The notes: generated by a model from the letters alone, not told the origin. DNA of 64,000 nucleotides from a bacterium (GCA_963681965.1 OY820579.1:1632001-1696000), one strand, 5' to 3'; positions 1 through 10,845 are shown, counted from the first letter of the stretch. Numbers and translations are program-made.

Positions 1-138
1 GGGAACTGCGCTGGCGACCCGATCCCAGCCATTCGACGCGGTAAACAACACGCCGGCAAGAAATCCGGCAGTGACGAACAGCGATAACGCAGCAATCCAG
101 CGGTAACGGTTTTGTGTCGAACGGTTGTGTTTTTCCAT
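1..138 (-). CDS. Partial CDS running off the window edge; N-terminal membrane or signal segment, possibly a DegP/HtrA-like protein
   Basis: ATG at 138 with GGAGG upstream; translates MEKHNRSTQNRYRWIAALSLFVTAGFLAGVLFTASNGWDRVASAVP. Too short to assign a product. Confidence 0.5.
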   Translation of the reverse strand, partial: MEKHNRSTQNRYRWIAALSLFVTAGFLAGVLFTASNGWDRVASAVP

Positions 139-213
139 TAGAATATCCTCCGATTTTCCTCTTGGTCATTCATTCAGATTGTGATACGTGGATTTTTCGG
201 AAAAGTTCCCGGA

Positions 214-2631
214 TCAGGGGAGAGACATCTGAACAACGCGGAATCCGCGATTGAGGTCGGTCATATACAGCAAGTTGCCGTCGGCTTCGACATCGGACGC
301 CGTCTCAGTAGTACCGATCCGGCAACAGAATACCGGTTGCGACGGTCGGGCGATGTTGTATACAGCGACACCGTTGAAGTTGCAGGCGAGATATAAATAA
401 TTGTCGAAAACGCGGTTTTTCAGAATATAATCGTTGAGTGGAATGTTGATCAGTTCGACTGGTTGTGCCGGCACTGAGACATCGTAGGCACGGAACCCAT
501 CGGTACCGTAACCGACATAGGCAACATGATTGTGCACGGCAACGCTGCTGCAGAAGCCACTGGAGTTTGCTGGAATAACACTAAAGACGCGACGCGGGCG
601 ATCGGGCGACGAGCAATCGATAATCCGGAAGCCACCGGCACCGTATGCGAGATAGACGAAACTCCCTTCCACGGCAAATTGCTGCGGCGCGGCAAATTGA
701 AGATCCTCGGTGTATTCACCGACGAATGTGGGATTGGCGTAATTGTGGAAATTGACGATCTGCAATCCATGAACGTAATCGAGAATATATCCGAGGGTTC
801 CCACCATGATTATCGAAATCGCCGATCCGGTCGAGCTATACGACCCGACAATTCGCGGCTCCGCTGGATTTCCCACGGCAACAATTTGGATTCCCGATCC
901 GCTGTTGGCGCAATAGAGTGTATCGTCTCGATAAAATACATCTTTTGTCCACGCGGGCAGAGCTAAACTTGCAACCAATTGTGGAGTTGTGGAATACGCG
1001 ACATTTACAACTTTCAGACCGTTAATTTCGGAAGCAAGATAAACGTAGGTTCGGTCGCGAACGATCGAAACCGGACTTCCAACCGTGCTAAGCGATCCGA
1101 CTTCGAGCGCGGATGAAGTCGTCATCGCAAACGATACGTTCGATGGAGCGGATTGGAGCTCGTTGTTTACTGCACAGACCCGGTAACCGTAAGTCGTATT
1201 CGGTTGCGGCGAAGAATCGTCGGCATCGTCGAGATGCGGTCCGACGTAGCGGAGGGTGGCGAATGCGCCATCGTAACCGACACAGCGTTGTATCATGAAT
1301 CCGGTTTCATTAGTGGAATGGATCTGCCATGAGAGCGTGATGCGATTGGAAGCTACCGATCGTGCCACCAGATTGGTCGGTGCTGCCGGGATCTCTGCCG
1401 ACGTGGTGGTTGAATCGATATTGGAATATTCCGAGAAACCGATCGCATTGATTGCACATACTCGATAAAAGTATCGGGTCGATGGCACGCAATTGGAATC
1501 GAGCCATTCGGTACTGTTTGCCGGAGGATAGCCCACAGGCATGAATGCCGACCACGAGGCGCGTCGTTCGATCCGGAAACTGTCTTCGTTAGTCGAATTG
1601 TCGTGCCAAGCCAAGTGCACCGAGAATGGTGTATAGGCGAGTGCTACCAGATAGCTCGGGGGATCGGGTGTGACATTCGAGGAATGAATAGTGATACTGT
1701 TGCTTAATTCGGATCGACCGTTCGCATTATAAGCGATTACGGCAAAATCGTAGGAGGTAACCGGAGCGATGGTGATATCGTGAAAGACGGTTTGATCGCG
1801 ACCGGATTGTCCAACTGCTGCGAATGTATCGGTACCCGTGACGCGACGCATGATCAGGAACCCATCTTCGATGGCAGTGTTATCCTGCCACTGTAAGCCA
1901 ACATAATGCGGTGCGATCGAATCGGAGCGGAGCATTGACGGTGCATCGGGAATCGGATTGGCGGTATTCGTGCGGGCTTCGGTAGAATATCCGGAACTAC
2001 CGGATTGATTGAAGGCGCTGATGCTGTAAGTGTAAATTCGACCGGCAGCAACGGTAGAGTCAAGGTATGAACGGGCAGTACCAATGACGTTTGCAAGTGG
2101 CAGATACGATCCGTTCAGCACTTTTCGAACAATGCGAAAGGAATCATTTTGGGATGCGGTGCTGCTCCAGTTGAGTCGTACTTTCGGTCCGGCAATAGCA
2201 GTTGCTACAAGGTTTTCCGGTGTGTTTGGAATTGCCGGGAAAGTAATCGAGGATAGCTCGGTAGATGGTAGTGAAACTAAATCGCCATGATAGGCGAGCA
2301 TACGATAGCGATACGACGTACCGGCTTGTAAAAGCGAATCGGTGATTGATCGACGATTGGAAGGAATCCAGCTTGATCGTTGAAAAGTAGTGTCACTGCC
2401 CAGTGCGCGTTCATAATAAAAACCGTCGATTTGTTCGGTAACGAAACTCCAATCGAGTTTAATGCGATTGGGGGAGATTGATCGAATTGAATCGAGGGTG
2501 GGAGCATGAGGAGGTACATTGACGACGACATCGGCTAGTTTGTCGGTTTTACAACCGATCAATGTCAGGAAAACGGAAATTGAAATAAACAATCCAAGTA
2601 GTAAACCGCGGGTCATTGCATCATTCCTCAT
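214..2631 (-). CDS. Lipoprotein with about 5 fibronectin type III domains and C-terminal LVIVD repeats
   Basis: Lipobox LIGC; repeated W.D....E.GF.I.R and Y.YRV.A.N FN3 motifs; repeats such as YVYLA....GLKVVNV and GFRIIDCS.P..P. Confidence 0.85.
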   Translation of the reverse strand: MRNDAMTRGLLLGLFISISVFLTLIGCKTDKLADVVVNVPPHAPTLDSIRSISPNRIKLDWSFVTEQIDGFYYERALGSDTTFQRSSWIPSNRRSITDSLLQAGTSYRYRMLAYHGDLVSLPSTELSSITFPAIPNTPENLVATAIAGPKVRLNWSSTASQNDSFRIVRKVLNGSYLPLANVIGTARSYLDSTVAAGRIYTYSISAFNQSGSSGYSTEARTNTANPIPDAPSMLRSDSIAPHYVGLQWQDNTAIEDGFLIMRRVTGTDTFAAVGQSGRDQTVFHDITIAPVTSYDFAVIAYNANGRSELSNSITIHSSNVTPDPPSYLVALAYTPFSVHLAWHDNSTNEDSFRIERRASWSAFMPVGYPPANSTEWLDSNCVPSTRYFYRVCAINAIGFSEYSNIDSTTTSAEIPAAPTNLVARSVASNRITLSWQIHSTNETGFMIQRCVGYDGAFATLRYVGPHLDDADDSSPQPNTTYGYRVCAVNNELQSAPSNVSFAMTTSSALEVGSLSTVGSPVSIVRDRTYVYLASEINGLKVVNVAYSTTPQLVASLALPAWTKDVFYRDDTLYCANSGSGIQIVAVGNPAEPRIVGSYSSTGSAISIIMVGTLGYILDYVHGLQIVNFHNYANPTFVGEYTEDLQFAAPQQFAVEGSFVYLAYGAGGFRIIDCSSPDRPRRVFSVIPANSSGFCSSVAVHNHVAYVGYGTDGFRAYDVSVPAQPVELINIPLNDYILKNRVFDNYLYLACNFNGVAVYNIARPSQPVFCCRIGTTETASDVEADGNLLYMTDLNRGFRVVQMSLP

Positions 2632-2665
2632 TTTAACGCGGTGGATGAATTCGTTTTGCTGAATC

Positions 2666-4396
2666 CTACTTTACTAAACTGATGCGCGTAGTTTGTCCAT
2701 TTTCAAAGCGCAGAAAATAGTTTCCCGCCGGGAGATTAATTGCTTGAAAATACGCACGCGACGAACGTGACGCTACTGGGATTGTAGCAATTGTGCGACC
2801 GGTGATGTCGAATACTTGAATCTTCCGGGTTTTGGATTCTGGTGCAAAGAAAAGCACAACCGATGGATTGAACGGATTGGGAAACGCGCGAATGGTGTAG
2901 CGCTCGGGTAGTTGTGCCGGAGTACATCCTCCCGGAGGACAGGGAATAACATTCAGTAACCGGGCAGAATCGACTGCTGCTGCGATATTCGGAACTCCCC
3001 AACCAAACAGGGTATCGGGGTGATTCGCTTGACTGGCAGTTGCCTTCATAATGCCCATCAATTGCATCGGACTTAGTGCAGGATTGGCTGAAAGTACGAC
3101 TGCGCATGCACCTGCTACGATCGGCGTGGAGAAACTCGTTCCGGTGCCACTGGTAATCGTTTGCGAGTTGTTGGGATTGAGTGTGGTAGTCTGAACGCCG
3201 CAAGCGACGAGATCGGGTTTGATTCGACCGTCGTACGTCGGTCCGCGGCTTGAGAAGCCTGCATATAGCGAATCGTAACTGACTGCACCGATACAGAGCA
3301 TCGAGTCGGCGTCGGAAGGGCAACTAACCCACGGAACCGAATCCCACCCGTGATTGCCGGATGAGTTAACCACCAGCACTCCCCGTGAAGCGGCAAGTGA
3401 TGCGGCGCGAGAGGAAGCGGCAGTCTGACCGTCGCGGACATTGTAAGGGAGCCATGCGACCCATGAAACTGAACTACTGACGATATCGACACCCAACCGT
3501 TCCATCCACTCCAAACCGGCTACCCAATAATCCTCCTCGGCGGGAAAATCGGCACCGGCTGCTTGTTCGGTTTTCGCAAGCAATACCGATACTCGTGGTG
3601 CAGCTCCGATGTACAGACCCGGTAAGTAACCGGCAATACAGCACAGCGTCATTGCGCCATGGGAACCGTCGCCATTGTCGCCGTGATTCGTAACCAGTGA
3701 ATCGTTATTCAGAAAATCGTGCGTAGCGACGATGTGCAGGCTGTCGAATAAGATGTGATAAGAATTGGTATCTTCCGGGGTATAACTGCGACAAAGACGA
3801 CTGAAGCCGGCATCGATGACGCCTAGCAACACACCTTGACCGGTGTAGCCTTGAGAGTGTGCCGCGATCAGATTGATCTGTTGCAGTTGGCGATACGAAT
3901 AGTTGTAATCGGCGGAATCCCATTGAATGCGCGCATGATTTTTAAATGGTGAATTGCTCGGTCGTGTATCCAAAGGCGATGTCGAAGATTCTAGTGACAG
4001 CTCTGGAAGCTTTCGCGGTAGTGGTTGCACTTTTACAACAAACGGGAGTGCTTCAAGCGATCTGACTTGGTCGTATGAGCCTTGGACGCTAACGGCACGT
4101 AACATGCGCGATTCGACGACAATTGAAAATCCTCGAGATCGAATGGAATCGAGTAAATTTTGCGGTAACGGGAGATCGAATTCATCGACAAGTTGATCGG
4201 AACTGCGGACTTTGGCTCGACGAGCTAGAGCACGCTCGGATAAATTCCCGCTACCTTTATTGATTTCGATCGCTAATTGTTCGGAGGAATATTGTGGTTC
4301 ACGCAGAAATACCCAACAGCGATCATGATTGTCCGCTAATGCAATACGAACTGCGATCAGGATGAAGATCATGCTTGCGAATCGATAGAATTTCAT
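2666..4396 (-). CDS. Secreted S8 (subtilisin-like) serine peptidase with T9SS-type C-terminal domain
   Basis: Signal peptide; triad motifs VIDAGF, HGAMT, GTSFSTP; FSSRGPTYDGRIKPD; C-terminal AFPNPFNP. Confidence 0.92.
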   Translation of the reverse strand: MKFYRFASMIFILIAVRIALADNHDRCWVFLREPQYSSEQLAIEINKGSGNLSERALARRAKVRSSDQLVDEFDLPLPQNLLDSIRSRGFSIVVESRMLRAVSVQGSYDQVRSLEALPFVVKVQPLPRKLPELSLESSTSPLDTRPSNSPFKNHARIQWDSADYNYSYRQLQQINLIAAHSQGYTGQGVLLGVIDAGFSRLCRSYTPEDTNSYHILFDSLHIVATHDFLNNDSLVTNHGDNGDGSHGAMTLCCIAGYLPGLYIGAAPRVSVLLAKTEQAAGADFPAEEDYWVAGLEWMERLGVDIVSSSVSWVAWLPYNVRDGQTAASSRAASLAASRGVLVVNSSGNHGWDSVPWVSCPSDADSMLCIGAVSYDSLYAGFSSRGPTYDGRIKPDLVACGVQTTTLNPNNSQTITSGTGTSFSTPIVAGACAVVLSANPALSPMQLMGIMKATASQANHPDTLFGWGVPNIAAAVDSARLLNVIPCPPGGCTPAQLPERYTIRAFPNPFNPSVVLFFAPESKTRKIQVFDITGRTIATIPVASRSSRAYFQAINLPAGNYFLRFENGQTTRISLVK

Positions 4397-4445
4397 CCCA
4401 GCCTCGTTTTCGTCCCAAATACAATGTTGTTGGTGACAGTGATTG

Positions 4446-6389
4446 TCACATGAATATTTCTTTCGACATCAGGATCAATAACAAAATGAATAACAGCAGT
4501 AAGAAGAATTTAATCCAGCCATAATTCCGTTTGCTCCAATCTCCGATCGCTTTCGAAGTAACACCATTATAAGCTAAGAAAAAGATCAACAACAAGGGAG
4601 CGGTAAAGAGTAAATTGTAAATTACTAGATAGAGCCACGCTTGCCCGCTGAGTTCGGGATCTTTCAGCAACATTACAATGGTGGGTAGATAAACCTGACC
4701 GGTACATACGGCTTCGAATAAAGTAACTAGAAATCCAATAACAATCGATCCTAGCGCTAACTTTCCGGGTTTGACATGATCGCGCATAATCGCGTGAATA
4801 CGCTTTTTATAGCTGTCAGGTAGTTGAAGGATTGCCTCGCTGGGTGGTGCGCCGTTCAAATACGACCAGATATCGCGAATTGTCAGCAGGGTTAGAACCA
4901 AGAGCAAGACTGCCGTCAAGATGAAAATTACTTGAGCGACGAAGTGGTAAGTTGATAAACGGGTGAGAATTCCGAATGCGCCAACTCCCATTAACAAGTA
5001 TGTGAGAAATACCGTTGTCGAGAAGCAAATCCCGACGATCAGCAAATCTCGCTTCTTTCCACCAACATACGTTATCATCGAGAGGAAAAAGATCAAAGTT
5101 GCAAAAGCGCAAGGATTGATACCGTCCAGCAGACCAGCCGACACAAGCGTCCAAAAGGTTACACTTCGCAATTTGGAACGGAGTATTTCCATTGGTGGTT
5201 GTGGTAGTTCTTCTTCTTCGATATTGTGATTGAGTGTACTGTTGATACTGAGGATCAATGAATCGAGCGAGACGTAATCAGTAAAATTCACATCTCCGAC
5301 TGTCAGCAAGAACGGGTTTCCGCGAACTTTCCGCTGCTGTTGAATCGTGATATACCGAGCCAATCCACTATCGGTTTCCGTCAGATAATGTTTGACAATG
5401 ACACGCCCACCGAAAGTGAGAGCTATCTCTTCGATTTTCTTGGTTGCTTTCAGGCAAATCGCGCAGGTGGCAGAATGGAAATATTGCAGGGTTAATGGCT
5501 GCTGTAACCGCGCTTTCCACTCACTTTCTGTCACCTCGGGTGGAACCCATTTTTCGCCGCGAAGTACTGCGGAAATACTATCGAAAGCGCGCTCAGTCAA
5601 ATCCCCCGGTCGCCAAATGGCATTAGTGTCGGTAAACAAATCGTGATTAGTTTCCTCGGACGATCCAATATGAGTGGTATCGATTGTAGTGGGTTCAAAG
5701 GCTCTACGACCGTAATTCAGTAATGCATCTTTAAATACACTTTGCAATGAATCGGGGAGAGAATGGAGCAGTGAATCCAGTCGAGGGTCGGTCATCAATT
5801 CTTTTGCTTGACGTTCCCGTTCGTCATTCTCCCGATCTTCGCGCGAAATTGAGTCCATCGGTCCCGGTCGGGGCGTGGACATCATTGGTCCTTCTTGTCG
5901 CCCCTCGAACATTTCCGGAGGAAGTGGCGGGGCGGGATTGGTCCCGCCTTGTTCGTCGGTCCAGACGACTTTAATCGGTAGTCGAAGGATCGGTCGAACA
6001 GGATCGTCGGAAAGAAGGTAGATACTTGATCCATAATAACCCCGGTCGGTCGATTCCGTTCGAAGTATTATTGTCAATGGGATAGATGATTTACCGGGCA
6101 GTTCTTTCGGCATTCCCGATACTTGAAGACAAGGACAGGCAGCTTGCCATTGATCAAGCATTCGAGTATCGGAGCCGATGTTGCGCAATGGAACTCGTTG
6201 GGTGTATTCCCGTCCGGCAACTTTCGATCCGAAATCAAGGGTATCGGCATCGATTCCCCAGATTAGAAAAGGTTTGGATTGGGCGAAGAGCGAACCAGCC
6301 GACAACAAAACTAACAGAAGAAGAAACAATCTTTTTCTAGTTGGATTAAAACATTCGCAATTCACATCTCGATTTCGTATCATAACCAT
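4446..6389 (-). CDS. Fusion of a DUF1573-like Ig domain, a thioredoxin-like CxxC domain and a CcdA/DsbD-like membrane domain
   Basis: AACPC in the N-terminal beta domain, CAIC motif, DGINPCAF and EAVCTGQVYLP in a multi-TM region. Start uncertain (6389, 6383 or 6365); the ORF-track start at 6452 overlaps the divergent gene. Confidence 0.75.
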   Translation of the reverse strand: MVMIRNRDVNCECFNPTRKRLFLLLLVLLSAGSLFAQSKPFLIWGIDADTLDFGSKVAGREYTQRVPLRNIGSDTRMLDQWQAACPCLQVSGMPKELPGKSSIPLTIILRTESTDRGYYGSSIYLLSDDPVRPILRLPIKVVWTDEQGGTNPAPPLPPEMFEGRQEGPMMSTPRPGPMDSISREDRENDERERQAKELMTDPRLDSLLHSLPDSLQSVFKDALLNYGRRAFEPTTIDTTHIGSSEETNHDLFTDTNAIWRPGDLTERAFDSISAVLRGEKWVPPEVTESEWKARLQQPLTLQYFHSATCAICLKATKKIEEIALTFGGRVIVKHYLTETDSGLARYITIQQQRKVRGNPFLLTVGDVNFTDYVSLDSLILSINSTLNHNIEEEELPQPPMEILRSKLRSVTFWTLVSAGLLDGINPCAFATLIFFLSMITYVGGKKRDLLIVGICFSTTVFLTYLLMGVGAFGILTRLSTYHFVAQVIFILTAVLLLVLTLLTIRDIWSYLNGAPPSEAILQLPDSYKKRIHAIMRDHVKPGKLALGSIVIGFLVTLFEAVCTGQVYLPTIVMLLKDPELSGQAWLYLVIYNLLFTAPLLLIFFLAYNGVTSKAIGDWSKRNYGWIKFFLLLLFILLLILMSKEIFM

Positions 6390-6412
6390 CTTATCATCCT
6401 GCAGAGATATCC

Positions 6413-7486
6413 TTGAATAGTATCGTTGAACTAATTGTAGCAAGTTGGTCAATCCTTTTGGATTCTGGGATTTGGCTATTACTCGGTTTTGCCATCGCCG
6501 GGTTATTCCATGTATTACTTCCGGTTAAGGTGATAGCTAAATACTTAACTGGTAATGGATTTAAGTCAACCCTATCAGCAGTAATTCTGGGTGCGCCAAT
6601 GCCGCTCTGTTCCTGCTCAGTGATTCCCGTTGCCAAAGCACTTCGCGATGGTGGTGCCAGTCGTGGTGCCACCACGGGATTTTTGATTTCCGCCCCCGAG
6701 ACTGGCGCCGACACAATTGCACTCTCCTGGGCATTGCTCGGACCGATCTGGGTGATAGCCCGACCGATTGCGGCGATTGTCACGGCATTAACTGCTGGTA
6801 TCCTCCAACCTAAAGATGGTACGTCAGAACGTGAACGGCAAGAGATCGAGAACCAACCGGACGATTGTTGCTGCGATGATTGTCATTGTGGGTCGGTTGA
6901 GGCGCCCACGATTCCAGAATCTTCTAAGAATAAATGGTATCTTCAAGTAAAACAAGCATTGAAATATGGTTTTATTGATCTTCCCAGCGATCTTGCCCGC
7001 TACTTGCTGCCGGGTATTCTTATTGCCGGGGTGATCGCTTATCTCTGTCCTCCCGCTTCATTAGCGACCTACGGTCACGGTTTTCCGACTTATTTGGCGG
7101 CGATGTTGATCGGTTTACCACTCTATATTTGTTCTTCAGCCAGTACACCGTTAGCGGCGTCACTACTCGCGGCGGGGGTTGCACCAGGACCTATACTGGT
7201 CTTTCTGTTGACTGGTCCGGCGAGTAACGTAGCAAGTTTCGGTGCCGTCCGTAAAATGCTCGGTTTACCCGGTTTTATCATACAACTCATCGCGATCTGC
7301 GGTGTTGCGCTGCTTTGTGGATTCGCGTTCGATGCGCTTTTTATTCAAAAACCGGAATGGTTTTCTATTCCTCAAATAACGTCCTCGGAAGAATCGATCA
7401 CATTGTATCACATCGTTGGCGCTGTCTTAGTTCTTGTTCTCTTAGTTATGGGATTAATTCGCGACTTAGTCTATCACAAACGCTAA
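6413..7486 (+). CDS. Permease, SO_0444/ArsP-like heavy-metal (Cu/Zn) efflux family
   Basis: PLCSCSVIP, GFLISAPETG, PLYICSSASTP, FLLTGPA motifs; central Cys/His loop CCCDDCHC. Confidence 0.85.
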   Translation: MNSIVELIVASWSILLDSGIWLLLGFAIAGLFHVLLPVKVIAKYLTGNGFKSTLSAVILGAPMPLCSCSVIPVAKALRDGGASRGATTGFLISAPETGADTIALSWALLGPIWVIARPIAAIVTALTAGILQPKDGTSERERQEIENQPDDCCCDDCHCGSVEAPTIPESSKNKWYLQVKQALKYGFIDLPSDLARYLLPGILIAGVIAYLCPPASLATYGHGFPTYLAAMLIGLPLYICSSASTPLAASLLAAGVAPGPILVFLLTGPASNVASFGAVRKMLGLPGFIIQLIAICGVALLCGFAFDALFIQKPEWFSIPQITSSEESITLYHIVGAVLVLVLLVMGLIRDLVYHKR

Positions 7487-7633
7487 ATCTTCGTGTTCTT
7501 GAAGAATTTCACTACTTACACGCTGGATGATGTTCCAGCGTTTCCGTTTTCAATCGGAAATTGTAAATATTATCTTAAAGCACTTAAATCAGTAAGTCAC
7601 AGTAACTGAATTTTGATCTTCCGAGAGCATTCC

Positions 7634-9604
7634 ATGACACAGAACTTAATTGAAAAAATAGCACAGCGATTTGCGTTAGGACTTCTCGATACGCATACCA
7701 TCCGAGCGGGCGATTATTTGTCGATTCAACCTGCTCATGTGATGACGCACGACAATACTGGAGCCGTTATTAAGAAGTTCCGGGAGATCGGCGCGAAACA
7801 GATGGCGAATCCGCGACAACCGGTATTCACGCTTGATCACAATATTCAAGATACCGGCGAAGACAATCGCAAGAAATATGCGAAGATTGCTGAATTCGCT
7901 AAGCAGATGGGAGTGGATGCGTATCCCGCCGGTCGGGGTATCGGTCATCAGGTGATGTGTGAGGAAGGATATGCCTTTCCGGGAATGATGGTGGTTGCAT
8001 CCGATAGTCATTCGAATATGTACGGTGGTTTGGGCTCGCTGGGAACCCCGATTGTGCGCACGGACGCGGCTGCGATTTGGGCGACTGGAAGAACGTGGTG
8101 GCAGGTTCCACCGGTTGCTTTGGTTGATTTACGTGGAAAACTGTTACCGGGAGTCACCGGAAAAGATGTGATTATTACCTTATGCGGTCTATTCAACAAG
8201 GACGAAGTATTGAATCACGCGATCGAATTCGGAGGCGATGGTGTTGCAGCACTCTCGATCGATAACCGGTTAGCAATCGCGAATATGACTACCGAGTGGG
8301 GTGCGTTGACTGGGGTATTTCCGGTCGACGATACGACGATTGCGTGGTTGGAAGCACGAGCTGCAGCAGTTGCCAAACGCGGTCTGGAAGGGGTCGTTTC
8401 GGATGCGGATACAGTGTCTGGCACTCATCCCCGGATGAATCAAAAGCGCATCGATGCTCTGAAACAAAATCCGTTGCGCCCGGATGCGGATGCAGTGTAT
8501 GCGAAACGGATCGTCCTCGATCTCGCGACGGTACGACCGCACATTTCCGGACCGAATCATGTCAAAGTAATGATGAGCGTGACGGAAGCGGATCGGCAGC
8601 ATATCGCCATTCAGAAAGCATATCTGGTATCGTGTGTGAATAGCCGAGTCGATGATTTGGCGGAAGGAGCGGCAGTTGCTCGCGGTAAGAAAATCGCAGC
8701 TGGCGTGAAGCTATATATTTCAGCAGCATCGATCGAAGTACAACGTGAAAGCGAGCGACGCGGCGACTGGCAAGCACTGCTGGATGCTGGAGCGATCCCC
8801 CTGATGGCTGGGTGCGGTCCGTGTATCGGATTGGGTGAGGGGTTGTTGGAAGATGGCGAAGTCGGTATTTCGGCTACGAACCGCAATTTCAAAGGGCGGA
8901 TGGGTTCGCCAAATGCAAAAGCCTATCTTGCTTCTCCAGCAGTAGTGGTGGCATCGGCAATCGCGGGATTCATCACGGCACCGACACCATTCGATGAAGT
9001 AAAGCCAATCGGTTCGATTGAAGTCGTTTCTTCGGGAGCATCCAAAACTCCTACCGTTCGCGTATTGGATGGATTCCCGGCAATAATCGAAGGGGAAATA
9101 TTGTTCTGTCATCAGGACAATCTTAATACCGATGGGATCTATCCTGGAAAATATACTTATCAGGATGACATTACGCCCGAGCAACAAGCACAAGTGGTCA
9201 TGGAAAATTACGATCCGGAATTCGGAAAGATTGCGAAAATCGGCGACCTATTGGCAGGTGGTTTCAATTTCGGGACCGGTTCCTCACGGGAACAGGCTGC
9301 GACTGCGTTAAAGTATCGTGGAATCCGATGTGTGGTTGCGGGTTCATTCAACCAGACTTATCAGCGTAATGCCATCAACAACGGTTTTCTAGTGATCGAA
9401 GCACCGGAATTGACGAAGGAATTGAAAGCGAAATTCGGTAGCGATCATCCTACGGTTCGAACGGGAATGACTGCAACAATCGATATCGCTCTTTCGAATA
9501 TCACAGTGGCTGGAACAGATTACGCAATTGGACCGGTTGGTGAAGCGGCGCAGGAGTTGATCATCGCGGGTGGTTTGGAAAATTGGGTGAAGCAGCGCAT
9601 CTAA
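7634..9604 (+). CDS. lysF: Homoaconitate hydratase, single chain with large and small subunits fused
   Basis: MTHDN, GRGIGHQ, ASDSHSNMYGG, VSCVNSR, GCGPCIG (Fe-S cysteines), C-terminal swivel NTDGIYPG and FGTGSSRE. Confidence 0.88.
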   Translation: MTQNLIEKIAQRFALGLLDTHTIRAGDYLSIQPAHVMTHDNTGAVIKKFREIGAKQMANPRQPVFTLDHNIQDTGEDNRKKYAKIAEFAKQMGVDAYPAGRGIGHQVMCEEGYAFPGMMVVASDSHSNMYGGLGSLGTPIVRTDAAAIWATGRTWWQVPPVALVDLRGKLLPGVTGKDVIITLCGLFNKDEVLNHAIEFGGDGVAALSIDNRLAIANMTTEWGALTGVFPVDDTTIAWLEARAAAVAKRGLEGVVSDADTVSGTHPRMNQKRIDALKQNPLRPDADAVYAKRIVLDLATVRPHISGPNHVKVMMSVTEADRQHIAIQKAYLVSCVNSRVDDLAEGAAVARGKKIAAGVKLYISAASIEVQRESERRGDWQALLDAGAIPLMAGCGPCIGLGEGLLEDGEVGISATNRNFKGRMGSPNAKAYLASPAVVVASAIAGFITAPTPFDEVKPIGSIEVVSSGASKTPTVRVLDGFPAIIEGEILFCHQDNLNTDGIYPGKYTYQDDITPEQQAQVVMENYDPEFGKIAKIGDLLAGGFNFGTGSSREQAATALKYRGIRCVVAGSFNQTYQRNAINNGFLVIEAPELTKELKAKFGSDHPTVRTGMTATIDIALSNITVAGTDYAIGPVGEAAQELIIAGGLENWVKQRI

Positions 9605-9629
9605 TTCGAGCAATCATAATTAAAACGAT

Positions 9630-9662
9630 TCGGGTGGACAAATTCTGTCCACCCGATTTTTT
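9630..9662. terminator. Hairpin terminator between convergent genes
   Basis: TCGGGTGGACA-aattc-TGTCCACCCGA followed by a T tract. Confidence 0.75.
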
Positions 9663-10731
9663 ATTCCCAGATTTTATTCGATCGTTTTTCAAATCCGGAC
9701 GCGTACACGCCACCATCTGCTTCGATACCCTCCGGTTCGGGTTGCACAAGCGCCCATTCCAATGCTGTTTTGATCTCTGCCTCGACAGATTGTTCAATTT
9801 CGATTAATTCGGTTTCAGTCACGATTTCGTTTCGTCTCAGATACCGACGATAGCGTGGAATGGGATCGAATGCCGACCAAGCTTCCGTTTGTGCTTTCGG
9901 TACGTAGTCAGCGGCATCGTGCGCGCTATGACCTTTCATGCGCATTGTAACACACTCAATCAATGCCGGACCGGCACCGGTTCGTGCCTGATTCAGAAAG
10001 TGACGCGAAGCGGCAAGTACTGCAAGGATGTTGTTGCCATCAACCGTTACGCCAGGGATTCCGTACCCGATTGCACGGTCGGAGAGCATCGCTAGGGCGT
10101 GTTGTTTATGGGTGGGTGTCGAATATGCGAATTGATTGTTTTCAATGAATACGATAACCGGAGCCTTCACCACGGAAGCGAAATTCATCCCTTCGTGAAA
10201 ATCACCGATCGAAACGCCACCATCGCCGAAGTAGGTGATGGCACAGCAGGGTTCATTGCGAACCTGACCGGCGTAGGTGACTCCAACAATAAACGGAAGC
10301 ATCGCCCCGATATGACTGATACATCCGGCAATATTGTAATCGAAATTGGCAAGGTGAACCGATCCATCGCGACCCAGCGTCGGACTGGTCTTCCGACCGA
10401 GATATTGCGACAACACAAATTTTACCGGTTGCCCTTTCACAATTTGAGCTGCGATATCACGATGCAACGGTGCCACCCAATCTTCCGATTGAAGTGCGAA
10501 AGCACTGCCTACGGTGATTGCCTCATGACCGATTCCGGGATAGACTCCGCCAACGATTTTCCCTTGTCGATACAATGAAATTGTGGTTTCTTCCGTTCGC
10601 CGACCCAGAAGCATGAAGCGATATAGCTGCCGGTGTTCAGCGTGGGAAATGGGACCATAATCGAGATCGGGAAGTTCCAATGGGATTCCAAATTGATCGG
10701 GAGTGGTAAGTGGAAAAGATAAATCGGTCAT
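9661..10731 (-). CDS. TPP-dependent 2-oxoacid dehydrogenase E1 alpha subunit
   Basis: GDG...NN TPP motif (FGDGGVSIGDFHEGMN..ENNQFA), RMKGHSAHD; likely start MTDLSF at 10731. Confidence 0.9.
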   Translation of the reverse strand: MTDLSFPLTTPDQFGIPLELPDLDYGPISHAEHRQLYRFMLLGRRTEETTISLYRQGKIVGGVYPGIGHEAITVGSAFALQSEDWVAPLHRDIAAQIVKGQPVKFVLSQYLGRKTSPTLGRDGSVHLANFDYNIAGCISHIGAMLPFIVGVTYAGQVRNEPCCAITYFGDGGVSIGDFHEGMNFASVVKAPVIVFIENNQFAYSTPTHKQHALAMLSDRAIGYGIPGVTVDGNNILAVLAASRHFLNQARTGAGPALIECVTMRMKGHSAHDAADYVPKAQTEAWSAFDPIPRYRRYLRRNEIVTETELIEIEQSVEAEIKTALEWALVQPEPEGIEADGGVYASGFEKRSNKIWE

Positions 10732-10811
10732 CGATATTCCTTGGATGTTCTTTAGGAAATACGAGGATAAGTTCGAAATTTGAGAGAATCGAGTTAAGTG
10801 GGATTGTAGAT

Positions 10812-10845
10812 AAAAAAAACGGCGGGGCTGACGTCCCGCCGTTTT
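10812..10845 (-). terminator. Rho-independent terminator
   Basis: AAAACGGCGGG...CCCGCCGTTTT hairpin with a longer T tract on the minus strand, just after the lamin-tail gene. Confidence 0.8.
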
